This document shows, piece by piece, positions 30,455 to 39,690 of a DNA stretch of 64,000 nt. The DNA comes from Syntrophales bacterium. GTDB taxonomy: Bacteria; Desulfobacterota; Syntrophia; Syntrophales; PHBD01. A model generated the notes under the pieces. That model had not been told where the DNA came from. It was given only the letters and a program-made list of their open reading frames with translations, and searched no databases. The stretch is from NCBI GenBank assembly GCA_963668175.1, contig OY764159.1, forward strand, positions 3,904,001-3,968,000, read 5' to 3'. Position numbers and translations under genes: made by a program. Each line of letters starts with the position of its first letter. Position 1 is the first letter of the stretch.

Positions 30455-33400
30455 CTATTTTGCCGCCTGCGATTTAAACAGCCAAAATTCGCGATTCGCC
30501 CGCATGACGGCCGCTTCCAGGTCGTCCTTGCCGAGATCCGCGGACCGGATGACCGTATGCTGCCCGCCGTCGTACATTTCCCATTCCTCGGTCAGCAGAT
30601 GTCCCCGTTCTTTCAGCATATCAAAATATTTCGTTCCGGGAAACGGTGTTGTGATGGAAAACTGAATCGTATCGGGATTCATCTCCTTGGCAAAGGCGAT
30701 GGTCCTTTCGATGGTTTCGCGATTCTCTCCGGGCAAACCGAAGGTGAAGGTCAAATGCGTCAGCACGTTCAATTCCCGGCACCATTGAACGGCGGCCCGC
30801 ACGCGGGCAAGATCGAGACCTTTTTCCGCCGCATCGACGAGGGATTGATCGCCCGATTCCACCCCGAGCTTGATACCCACCAATCCCGCCTCTTTCATGG
30901 CTTTCAGCATATCGTAATCCATGGTGTCGGCCCGGGCCATAATCCCCCAGGGAAGGTTGAGGCCCTGTCTGCGCATTTCCCGGCAGAGTGTGAGAACCCT
31001 CTCTTTACCGATGTTGAACGTGTCGTCGTCAAAATAGAATGAATTGAATCCGAACTCGTCGACGACCTGCCTGATCTCCCGGACGACCGCTTCGGGATCG
31101 CGAACCCGGTATTTTCTGTTGCCGTAAAGAACCTGCGGCCATGCGCAATATATGCAGCCAAACGGGCATCCGCGGCTTGCATGAAGCTGCAGACTCGGAT
31201 AGGTCATGCCGGCAAAGAGGTCGTTGTATTTGTAAATCGGCAGCATCAGCCTCTCCGGAACCGGCAGCGTATCAAGGTCGATCGGGTCGGTCCTGCCGTT
31301 ATCGACGATACGGCCATTCGAATCCCTGCAAAACAACCCCTTAACACCACTGTAATCTTCGTCTTTCAGCAGACATTCGATCAATTCCAGGGAAGGTATT
31401 TCATACTCCCCGCAGATGACAAAATCGACCAGGGGATTCTCTCCCAGGATATGAACCCCCTGAACGGTTGCGTGGGCTCCCGCCCAGATCACCTTCACCC
31501 GGGGCAGGCGCTCGCGAATTTTAAGAAGCCATAACGTATCGACGACGTAGGAGGCCGTGGCCGTTTCCATGAAGACGATATCCGGTCCATAGCCCGCCAC
31601 CCGTTCGATGAATTCCGAGTCGGTCAGTTCCTCCGCAATCGCATCGACGACGACATGGCCGATCCCTTTTTCACTGAGAAGGGAAGAGAGATAACCCAGG
31701 AAAAAAGGATAGGGCATATAACCGGTGATATCCATATTATCCACGTACGGCGCCGTGTATGGCCACCGGGACCCGGCCCGTACGCCCCGCCTCCGCCCGA
31801 CCGTCCAGGGCGGATTCAGGAGCATGATCCTCTGCTCCGCCCTGTAGGGCGATTGCTCCTCCTCGCGGCGGATACGCCGCAGGCTTACGGCAATCATATC
31901 GTAGACGAGGGACTTCATATTGAAGATGCGATTGAGACGGTCCATAACGGCAATAATGAAATGCAGATCGGCATCGGCCGATATACCCATGGCGGCCAAC
32001 CCACGGTTGATATCGGATTCGTCGCACAGGACTTCATTTAAGCGCTCATTGAATTCGGCAAGCGTCCTTTCCAGATCGTTCGGAAAGAGCACCGATATGA
32101 GATCGGCGAGGTCCGCCGCCAATCCTTTCCGGATGGCATCCTTGGCGCGGGCCTTGATATTGCGGGCATTCATCAGGAAAAAGAAGAGGGTGACATAGGC
32201 GGCCTTCAGGGTCTCTCTATGGGAGGCCCCGGGCGAATCGATGCAGAGCCGGTTAAGGTCTTTTAAGACAGTCCTTATGCAGCCGAGGAAACTGGGATAG
32301 AGCAACGCGTATTGCTTGCGATTGATCAGGTCCGCCAAGTCGGCGATATTCTCCTCGACGCCGTTGATGCTTTTCTCCAGAAGGGCCGCTAAATTCCCGA
32401 AGGATCCTTTCGCCTCGTAAACCGCCTTTCGCCAGTTATAACATGTATCGACCACGGTCCGGAGGGTATCGGTGCGGCTGTGATAGCAGACGGCCTCGGG
32501 CACGTAGCGCGTTTTATAACCTTTCGACAGAAGCAGTTTGGAGATATAGACGTCCTCCGTGTTGGTCTTGAGGATATCCCAGTACCCGCCCGCTTCTTTC
32601 AGGGCTTTGACGGCAAAGACCGTATTGCTGCCGAAGAGGATAACATCGTCCAGACACTTGTCGCCGTGATCCTGGGGCATCCGGACCTGCCGCCAGCGGT
32701 CGACAACCGTCACCGTATTCTTTTCGATGAGTCTGCCGCCGACCCCGGCAATGCCCTCCCGGTCAAAAGCGAGCATCAGCCTCTCCAGCCAGAACGGATC
32801 GGGAACGGCATCGGTGTCCACCGTTGCGAGAAACGCCCCCTTGGCTGTATGGAGGGCCGTGTTCCTTGCCGCGGCGAGCCCCTTGTTTCCGTCATGGGAT
32901 ACAATAACCACGGGATACTTCTCGGCGATGGAGATTGAGCGGTCTGTGGAACCGTCATCGATGATCAGGATCTCCTCAATGGGATAGCTTTGTGCGAGGA
33001 TACCGTCAAGGGCTGCGGCAATGTACTTTTCGACATTATAACAGGGCAGATAGAAAGTGACGGAACGGCGGGGGCAGGTTCTTTCCAGTTCCGCGATGCG
33101 TTGTGTAATGGATTCTTCGCCCGGACGCCGGCTGGCCATTTGCTTAAGCAGAGCGACCTCCGAATAACGGAGCCCCAGCCGGCCGTAAAGCTTCTGCAAG
33201 GCCCGGTATGCCGGATCGAAATCAGGATCTGCGGCAATGGCTTGTCGGTAGTTGCGTATGGCCCATTCATGGAGACCTAAATCATGCAGAATGTCCGCAT
33301 GGGCGGTCAGACCTTCGGCGACCGCCCCTCTTCCGATCCGCTGTTCCGCCGCGCGGTACGCCGCCAGGAAGCCGTCGATCTCTTTTTGATGGCAGGAAGT

Positions 33401-33502
33401 GAAGCAGTCGTCATGGATCATCATACGGATGCCGTCTTGTGAATATTGCGGCCGCTTTTCTGCATGCTGCTTGTTCTTTCCAGCCGCGGAGATACTTATC
33501 AA
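30455..33502 (-). CDS. TPR - GT2 - B12-binding radical SAM (HpnJ-like) fusion
   Basis: TPR; YLPCYN..IDDGSTD..GLAAARN..VDTD GT2; LLNPP..RAGSRWP..YPFFLGY; ASRGCPFGCIYCAWPQ, FDDDTF, GVESG. Start may be ATG 33424 rather than TTG 33502. Confidence 0.85.
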   Translation of the reverse strand: MISISAAGKNKQHAEKRPQYSQDGIRMMIHDDCFTSCHQKEIDGFLAAYRAAEQRIGRGAVAEGLTAHADILHDLGLHEWAIRNYRQAIAADPDFDPAYRALQKLYGRLGLRYSEVALLKQMASRRPGEESITQRIAELERTCPRRSVTFYLPCYNVEKYIAAALDGILAQSYPIEEILIIDDGSTDRSISIAEKYPVVIVSHDGNKGLAAARNTALHTAKGAFLATVDTDAVPDPFWLERLMLAFDREGIAGVGGRLIEKNTVTVVDRWRQVRMPQDHGDKCLDDVILFGSNTVFAVKALKEAGGYWDILKTNTEDVYISKLLLSKGYKTRYVPEAVCYHSRTDTLRTVVDTCYNWRKAVYEAKGSFGNLAALLEKSINGVEENIADLADLINRKQYALLYPSFLGCIRTVLKDLNRLCIDSPGASHRETLKAAYVTLFFFLMNARNIKARAKDAIRKGLAADLADLISVLFPNDLERTLAEFNERLNEVLCDESDINRGLAAMGISADADLHFIIAVMDRLNRIFNMKSLVYDMIAVSLRRIRREEEQSPYRAEQRIMLLNPPWTVGRRRGVRAGSRWPYTAPYVDNMDITGYMPYPFFLGYLSSLLSEKGIGHVVVDAIAEELTDSEFIERVAGYGPDIVFMETATASYVVDTLWLLKIRERLPRVKVIWAGAHATVQGVHILGENPLVDFVICGEYEIPSLELIECLLKDEDYSGVKGLFCRDSNGRIVDNGRTDPIDLDTLPVPERLMLPIYKYNDLFAGMTYPSLQLHASRGCPFGCIYCAWPQVLYGNRKYRVRDPEAVVREIRQVVDEFGFNSFYFDDDTFNIGKERVLTLCREMRRQGLNLPWGIMARADTMDYDMLKAMKEAGLVGIKLGVESGDQSLVDAAEKGLDLARVRAAVQWCRELNVLTHLTFTFGLPGENRETIERTIAFAKEMNPDTIQFSITTPFPGTKYFDMLKERGHLLTEEWEMYDGGQHTVIRSADLGKDDLEAAVMRANREFWLFKSQAAK

Positions 33503-34650
33503 GCCAGGATGGCGTAAAAACGCTTTCCCGTCTCCTGCCAGGTCATTCTTCGCAGGTCTTCACCCGCACGTTCGCCGATCTTCCGCAGGGCATCCCTGTG
33601 ATGGTAGGCCCAATCCAGTTTCGCGACCGCTTCCTCCAGGTCCGGTTCATCCCAGGTGGCGACATTCTGTTCGTTATTGGCAATCGTGATGCTTCTCAGA
33701 TTCGCCAGTTTCAGACAGTTGTCGTCCGTCATAACATCCTTATGACCGCTTGAAAAGGAGGCGATGACGGGCTTCCCGCAGGCCATGTACTCCATCATGA
33801 CCAGGTTGGTTCCCCCTTCGCACCGGTTCGGAAACAGACCGATGTCCGTATTTTTATAGAGGCGCGGCATCATGATATTCGGGTACAGCGGCAGCGTGAT
33901 GACCCGGCCGATGTCGATGCCGTTGTCGCCGAGTATTTGGTTGATCAATGCTATGTAATCGTCCGCCGCCGGCGAAAACCGGATATGGGGGGAAGCAGCC
34001 ATCGTATGCATGCTCGCCGGCCACTGATTGAACCAGCTGTTGACCAGAACGGTGTCCTTGTAGCGGTCCTGCAGAACTTTGTAAGCGCGGATGACGATGT
34101 CCTGCCCTTTCCTCAATTCGAATTTGCCGCCGGAAAAGACGACAAAGTGATCCCGTAGATACTCTTTCTCATTATAAAGAGGGTTGAAGATCGTCGGGTC
34201 GATGCCCTGGATGACCGTGGTCACATGCCGAAGACCGTAGCTTCTTAAAACTTCCTCGCACCAACCGGAACCGGTAACCACCGTATCGAAGAACTTGACG
34301 CTGTTTTCGATGTACGAAGCGGACAGGATGTTGTTCTCGAAGAACGTGTAACCGACGTTGTTCGTGCCTCGCAGGCGGGGATAGTTGGAAGACCCGGTGA
34401 TGTTGTTGATGGCCTGGAGTACGGGATAATCGACTTCCAGGGGTTGACCGGAAGTGATCCACTGCTGCTCCCGGTCGGATACGAGCGTCCGCTGAAGAAG
34501 CCGAAAGTCCAGTTCGTCCCCTATGGCGTTCATATCGAAGCCCTCGGTGACGAGGCGGACTTCGGTTATTCTCGACAATTCCTTGACGATATACTTCCCG
34601 CAAACGCCCCAACCGTGAAAGCTTCCCGTGGGAAGAGCAGCAAGAATCAT
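33499..34650 (-). CDS. GT4-like (GT-B) glycosyltransferase
   Basis: FSGGKFELRKGQD, FPNRCEGGTNLVMMEYMACGKPVIAS. Confidence 0.85.
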   Translation of the reverse strand: MILAALPTGSFHGWGVCGKYIVKELSRITEVRLVTEGFDMNAIGDELDFRLLQRTLVSDREQQWITSGQPLEVDYPVLQAINNITGSSNYPRLRGTNNVGYTFFENNILSASYIENSVKFFDTVVTGSGWCEEVLRSYGLRHVTTVIQGIDPTIFNPLYNEKEYLRDHFVVFSGGKFELRKGQDIVIRAYKVLQDRYKDTVLVNSWFNQWPASMHTMAASPHIRFSPAADDYIALINQILGDNGIDIGRVITLPLYPNIMMPRLYKNTDIGLFPNRCEGGTNLVMMEYMACGKPVIASFSSGHKDVMTDDNCLKLANLRSITIANNEQNVATWDEPDLEEAVAKLDWAYHHRDALRKIGERAGEDLRRMTWQETGKRFYAILA

Positions 34651-34686
34651 AAGGCACCCGGTTCAGTTATGGATGACGGTTTAGTG

Positions 34687-35394
34687 CTAAGCATCCTTCT
34701 TCTCCGCAACGATAATATACTGGAACGTGAAAAACATGCCGGCTTCCTCCCTCGAAACGTTGCGAATGAGCACCTTGCCGTAATCCAGGTCTTTAGGCCA
34801 TTCCTCATCGTCGATCCGGCCCTGTATCACGCTTGTGCAAGCGAGAATCCGGAATCCTCCGCACTCGAACATCCTCTGTATCTCAGGAAGCGTGAAAAAC
34901 CTGATATGGGTCGCATCGAGAAGCCCGAACGGGGTGTATGTCCACTTGCCTCCGATCAGGTTCAGGACAACCGAGAGATTCTGGACATTCGGGACGCTGG
35001 CAATGATCCTGCCCGCCGTCTTCAGGCGATCGCGCAGGAAGTTAAGGACCTTCCAAGGGTCGTAGAGGTGCTCCAAAACGTCGTTGCAGATAATGAGATC
35101 GAATGTTCCTCCGGGGAGATCGGCGTCATCCGGCATCATTTTTTCGATATCGCCGCAAATCACGCGGTCCAGGCATGCCCGGGCCTTTTCTGCGGCGCCG
35201 TCGTCGATTTCCACACCTACATACATGACCCCCGGATATTTCTGTTTGATAGCGCGGCCCGTGGCGCCGGCGGCACAGCCGATCTCCAAAACCCTTTCCG
35301 GCGGCCGTTCGATCAGGGCGATGACTTCCATCCGGGGTTGGTCGTCATATTTCTGTGCGTGATCCAGTTTCAAGGGTGTGTAGTAATCGTTCAT
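34687..35394 (-). CDS. Class I SAM-dependent methyltransferase
   Basis: VLEIGCAAG, FDLIICNDVLEHLYDPW, GLLDATHIRFFT; ATG 35394 has an AGGA RBS upstream. Confidence 0.9.
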   Translation of the reverse strand: MNDYYTPLKLDHAQKYDDQPRMEVIALIERPPERVLEIGCAAGATGRAIKQKYPGVMYVGVEIDDGAAEKARACLDRVICGDIEKMMPDDADLPGGTFDLIICNDVLEHLYDPWKVLNFLRDRLKTAGRIIASVPNVQNLSVVLNLIGGKWTYTPFGLLDATHIRFFTLPEIQRMFECGGFRILACTSVIQGRIDDEEWPKDLDYGKVLIRNVSREEAGMFFTFQYIIVAEKKDA

Positions 35395-35456
35395 CGCTGT
35401 CGTTTCCTGTTTTCCTATATCCGGGTTGTCCAAACTGCGGCAGGACGTCCCTAATA

Positions 35457-36986
35457 TCACGTTTGATAGCGCAAGGCCTCCCGGAAATATTGCATGTGTT
35501 TGTCAAAACGTCCCTGCTGCAGATAGACCGTGGCCAGATTGTGATAAGCCGCTGTATGATCGAAACGGAGGTCAATGGTCCGCAGGTAGCATCGGACGGC
35601 CTTTCCCAGATCGCCCGTTTCCTGGAACGCGTTGCCTAGATTGAAGTAGGCATCGGCGTAACCCGGATCGAGATCAATGGCCGTCTGATAAGCGGCGATC
35701 GCCTGCCCGATTTCCCCTCGCTCCCGCAAGGCAATGCCGAGGTTGTTATACACGCGGGCATCGGGATATCCCATCTCCAGCGCCTTTCTGTAACAGAGGA
35801 TCGCCTGATCGATCTGTCCGGTTCTCGACAAGAGTATCCCGAACTCGAGATAGGATGCCGCATCGGCCGTCCCCTGTTCCAGGGCGTCGCGGTCGCGGGC
35901 TATCGTCTCAAGCTCCTGGTCGGCTTTTCCGCGTCTTATGTCGTACTCCCGAATGCATTTTCTGCTGCGCTCGTTTGGAGCGGCAAGGATCTTCGAAATC
36001 ATATCAGCAACGCGATGGCCATACGTATGCTTGGTCAGGACTTCCCGCCGGCCGGCTTGAGCTATCCGTTCCCGCTCTTCCTCATGCTTCAGATAGTATT
36101 CCGCCAGGGCCATCATTTCGTCATCCGAACGGTAGTAGACCAGATGCTCCCTATCGGCAAACAAGTCCTCCAGGCCGCTTCCCGATATGCTGTCGGTAAG
36201 GAGCAGACTCCCCGTCGCCATCGCTTCGAAGATTCTCATATTGATTTCACTCACCGTCGAGACATTGAAGACAATCTTCGATTCCGAATAGACCTCGGCC
36301 ATACGCTCTCCGAAACAGCGCTCGTAATGCACATCGAAGCGTGTCCGCAATTTTCCGATCATCTCTTCGCGCTTCGGATTCAAGGTGCCGACAAAGCCGA
36401 TGTCGTAACGCTTGGTATCCGATTTCCTGTTGTGGATCTCCGGGTCGCAAGCGTGGGGCAGCCAGTATACGTTTTCCGCACCCGCCCGCCTGTACCTTTC
36501 CACTTCGGCCTTTTGGGAGACAAAGACATGGTCGAAGTGTTTTGCCATCTCGATTTTGAGTTCCGGGAGATACTGGGGGTCCAGAAGAAAGCAGGCCGTA
36601 GGACAGGGCAGGGTCTTCAGTCCCGCCATCAAGAACCAGTAAAAATTATCGGTCCAGAAAAACAGGTCCGGCATCCAGGGGAGTCTGCGCAAAACGTCGT
36701 CGAGTTCCGGTTTGTCGTAGGGTATATCGGCATGGACCTTGTTGTCGGGAAAGACATCCGCGTCATCGCCGTCTCCGACAGGCAAAAAATTCAAAGACGC
36801 ATAGACGGACCTGGGAAGATCGGGACCATAGGTAATCAGATCATGATCCCGGCGCAGGACCTTCTCGTAAAAGGACCCGTGCGCCGATGTCGACGTCTCG
36901 GGAATGAAGGTCCGGGCGAATAATACCTTCAAACGCGCCGTACCGTTTTTTCCGTTAAGCAGAGCGGCTTTCTCATTTGGGTTCAT
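35457..36986 (-). CDS. CgeB-like GT-B (Glyco_trans_1_2) with C-terminal TPRs
   Basis: WLPHACDP, DIGFVG, NMRIFEAMATGSLLLTD, IAQAGRREVLTKHTY; four TPRs. Confidence 0.85.
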   Translation of the reverse strand: MNPNEKAALLNGKNGTARLKVLFARTFIPETSTSAHGSFYEKVLRRDHDLITYGPDLPRSVYASLNFLPVGDGDDADVFPDNKVHADIPYDKPELDDVLRRLPWMPDLFFWTDNFYWFLMAGLKTLPCPTACFLLDPQYLPELKIEMAKHFDHVFVSQKAEVERYRRAGAENVYWLPHACDPEIHNRKSDTKRYDIGFVGTLNPKREEMIGKLRTRFDVHYERCFGERMAEVYSESKIVFNVSTVSEINMRIFEAMATGSLLLTDSISGSGLEDLFADREHLVYYRSDDEMMALAEYYLKHEEERERIAQAGRREVLTKHTYGHRVADMISKILAAPNERSRKCIREYDIRRGKADQELETIARDRDALEQGTADAASYLEFGILLSRTGQIDQAILCYRKALEMGYPDARVYNNLGIALRERGEIGQAIAAYQTAIDLDPGYADAYFNLGNAFQETGDLGKAVRCYLRTIDLRFDHTAAYHNLATVYLQQGRFDKHMQYFREALRYQT

Positions 36987-38013
36987 AAAAGGTTCTTCCC
37001 AATCGGTCCAGAAGATACATCGCCCTTTTTTCGGTCAAATGAAACCTGATCAAATGATCGAGGCCCTGTTCGATGATCCGGTCGGCCTCTATCCGTCCTT
37101 CCAGGACCGTATCGATGGCTTCGAGCATTTCGTCGAGCGTTGCAAAACGGATGATATGCTTTCCCTGCTCAAAATCATTGGGGATAAACAGCGGCATTTT
37201 CTGGGCGATATGGACGGCCTGGCACGCGGCATTTTCCCAAAAACGGAACGTATCATAGCCATCGCCGCGCAGACTCAAAACGACCCGGCATTTCTGGATG
37301 TTCCTGTAATAATCCTGGCGGTTCAGCCTGCCGTCGGGTGATGGATTGTTCGCAGAAGGGACGGCAGATGTCTGGAGCAGACAGTCGGGATATCGCCGGG
37401 ACAGGATATCCAGAATGCCGCCCCGGCTTTCGCCGTGAAAGAATTCCCGGTCGCTCCCCAAAAATCCCACAGAGTAGACTTTTTCCTGATCCCGGAACGA
37501 TTGGATCCATTCCCACAGTTCCCTGGGCAGGGCCATCGGCAGCGGGATGGAATATTCCGAGCCGTCCGTCTCTCTCCTGCAAACCGCGTACGGTCCGGGC
37601 GGGATGTAAAAGGGGTAATCCTCTCCATCCACGAGGACCAGGCCCGGCGGTAACGGATAAGATTCATCCTGAAACAGGGGGATGGTCCGTATTCCTCCGA
37701 AACCTATCTGTGCATAGACGTCGTTCACTTCCCTCAGGACCTTCAAGGTCAAGCGGGAATCGCAAATGACATACTGGAAATAACGATTTCTCACTTTTTG
37801 CAGGATATCGTCCCTATCGATGGTCCCTTCGTCGGGAGGGAACATATTGGGACAAAGCTGGTCATCCGGGGCAATGCCGAAAAGTTCACCCCGATAAAGG
37901 CTGTCTTTCCGGGGATAATCGACGACGCTCGGCCCCAGCAGCTTCCGCAAACCATGCATGAGAAGATCCGGGACGTAATTCGGATAAGGATGGGTCAAAA
38001 ACAGGATATTCAA
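36973..38013 (-). CDS. Putative GT-B glycosyltransferase
   Basis: LSLRGDGYDTFRFWENAAC..IPNDF..G..HL..FH C-terminal GT-B motif; TTG start overlaps the upstream stop. Confidence 0.65.
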   Translation of the reverse strand: MNILFLTHPYPNYVPDLLMHGLRKLLGPSVVDYPRKDSLYRGELFGIAPDDQLCPNMFPPDEGTIDRDDILQKVRNRYFQYVICDSRLTLKVLREVNDVYAQIGFGGIRTIPLFQDESYPLPPGLVLVDGEDYPFYIPPGPYAVCRRETDGSEYSIPLPMALPRELWEWIQSFRDQEKVYSVGFLGSDREFFHGESRGGILDILSRRYPDCLLQTSAVPSANNPSPDGRLNRQDYYRNIQKCRVVLSLRGDGYDTFRFWENAACQAVHIAQKMPLFIPNDFEQGKHIIRFATLDEMLEAIDTVLEGRIEADRIIEQGLDHLIRFHLTEKRAMYLLDRLGRTFYEPK

Positions 38014-39458
38014 TGTATGTCTCGCATATCGATTGTCGGTTTTCTGCAGATGAAGGCCCAGTATTCTTCCGCGCCGGCCGGTGAATCAAAATTGAGATTG
38101 ATCGCTTCAAGCAGCATGAATCCCGCCCGGCCGATAAGGGAGGCCCACATTTCTTTGCTCATGATACTGTAATGGTTGATGTTCGATTCATGACGGCCCG
38201 TCGTGCCGGGAGCCGGCATTTCCAGATAGAGATACCCCCCGGAATCCAGTACCCGGAAGAATTCCGACAGGGTGAAGAAGGGAAACAGGCTGTGTTCGAT
38301 ACAGTGCCTGACCCAGACGAAGTCGAACGACCCATCGGGAAACATGAGGAATGACTGGTCCATTTTGAGGACGTGGTGGTCGCGGGCGCGGCACACCTTG
38401 ATATCCTCATCGCTGATGGTGATACCCGTCGCCCGATGTCCTTTTTCGCGAAACAGATCGAGGGCCACACCCGGTCCGCATCCCACATCCAGTATTCTCG
38501 CCGGAGCCGTCAGGGAATAGCGGCCGAAGAATTCGTTCACCATCTGAACCGTGATCTGTGTATGTTCGACCGTGACGGGTTCCGCATAGGATTGTTCCTG
38601 AACTCTGGCGATAAAATCGAGCAGCCTTTCCACGCCTATCGCCGGGAATACATCGGGATCCGTGCGTTTCCCGGGCGACGGGTCCGCCGGCTGAACAGGT
38701 TTGGGCCTTACCGAGGCATCTGCCCCGTCAATAACCCTCCGCCACTTCTGAACGAACTTATCCCGGTTGGAAAGGAGGATGTCGTTCCGATACAACGTCC
38801 GCCCAAAATAATGAATGGGCGTGTCGCCCTCGGATTGGGATATGCCCCAGTGGTGTTCGAAATCGGTCACCGGCACCGCATAACAGGCGAGTCCCGCCCT
38901 TTTCAACTGCAATCCCATATCCCACTCTTCGAAGAAACACGGGCTGTATCGGACATCGAACGTCAATCCGTTCTCCAGGAACCTCTCCAGATGGATGGCG
39001 AAAAAGAAACCGGAAACACCGTCGCAGGATATCGGCTCCGCGAAGTTCCCCTTCTGAAAGTAGCGGATGTCGCAGAGATGCCGATAATCGATCCACGACC
39101 CCTGCGGGCCCACAATCACCGCCCGGTCCAGCGAGAAGAGGTACTTTTCCAGTTCGGGAATGGCGGCGGGTCCGATTTTGAGGTCGGAATTCATGATGTA
39201 GACCGCCTTGCCTTCCGCCATATCGATGCCCATATTCCACGACCTGCTCACCCCGGCGTTCAGATTGTTGAAACAATACTTGTCGATCCGGGGATGGTCT
39301 TTCAAGGCTTCATAAACCTCCCGGCTGTTGAAAATGCAGATGACCTCCCCCGACACGGCTTCCAGGTCTGTAAGAAGGGTCCGGATGTTATACGGGCTGT
39401 GGGGCGAGAAATCGATGATGGGAATGACGACGCTTCTTGGTATTTGTTCAGACTGCAA
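38010..39458 (-). CDS. GT2-like - methyltransferase fusion
   Basis: NAGVSRSWNMG..MNSD..VSGFFFA..FEEWD (GT2-like); ILDVGCGPG..FDFVWVRHCIEHS (MTase); GAGGTG RBS before the TTG start. Confidence 0.8.
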   Translation of the reverse strand: MQSEQIPRSVVIPIIDFSPHSPYNIRTLLTDLEAVSGEVICIFNSREVYEALKDHPRIDKYCFNNLNAGVSRSWNMGIDMAEGKAVYIMNSDLKIGPAAIPELEKYLFSLDRAVIVGPQGSWIDYRHLCDIRYFQKGNFAEPISCDGVSGFFFAIHLERFLENGLTFDVRYSPCFFEEWDMGLQLKRAGLACYAVPVTDFEHHWGISQSEGDTPIHYFGRTLYRNDILLSNRDKFVQKWRRVIDGADASVRPKPVQPADPSPGKRTDPDVFPAIGVERLLDFIARVQEQSYAEPVTVEHTQITVQMVNEFFGRYSLTAPARILDVGCGPGVALDLFREKGHRATGITISDEDIKVCRARDHHVLKMDQSFLMFPDGSFDFVWVRHCIEHSLFPFFTLSEFFRVLDSGGYLYLEMPAPGTTGRHESNINHYSIMSKEMWASLIGRAGFMLLEAINLNFDSPAGAEEYWAFICRKPTIDMRDIH

Positions 39459-39564
39459 AAAACACCTCGCGGAAGAAGATTATTTTAGCCCCTCTTTGCC
39501 CTGATCCCTATAACGGCGGAAGCCTGAGACCGGCCGGTTCGGATCTGTATGCAAAAGCTATCAA

Positions 39565-39580
39565 AGCAAGTTGCATGCCG
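39565..39580 (-). promoter_or_regulatory. Putative sigma54 (-24/-12) promoter for the 39458->26377 glycosylation block
   Basis: Minus strand CGGCATGCAACTTGCT fits GG-N10-GC, is intergenic, and lies about 105 nt upstream of the start codon. Confidence 0.7.
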
Positions 39581-39690
39581 CAGATGGAATTATAACCGGC
39601 ATATAACACGTTTTCGCTTTTTTCACATCATGATAGACGTTTCCAAAAGACCGGGCGCCAAGCCTCCTGCCGACTCAGCTTTGGCTGTTC

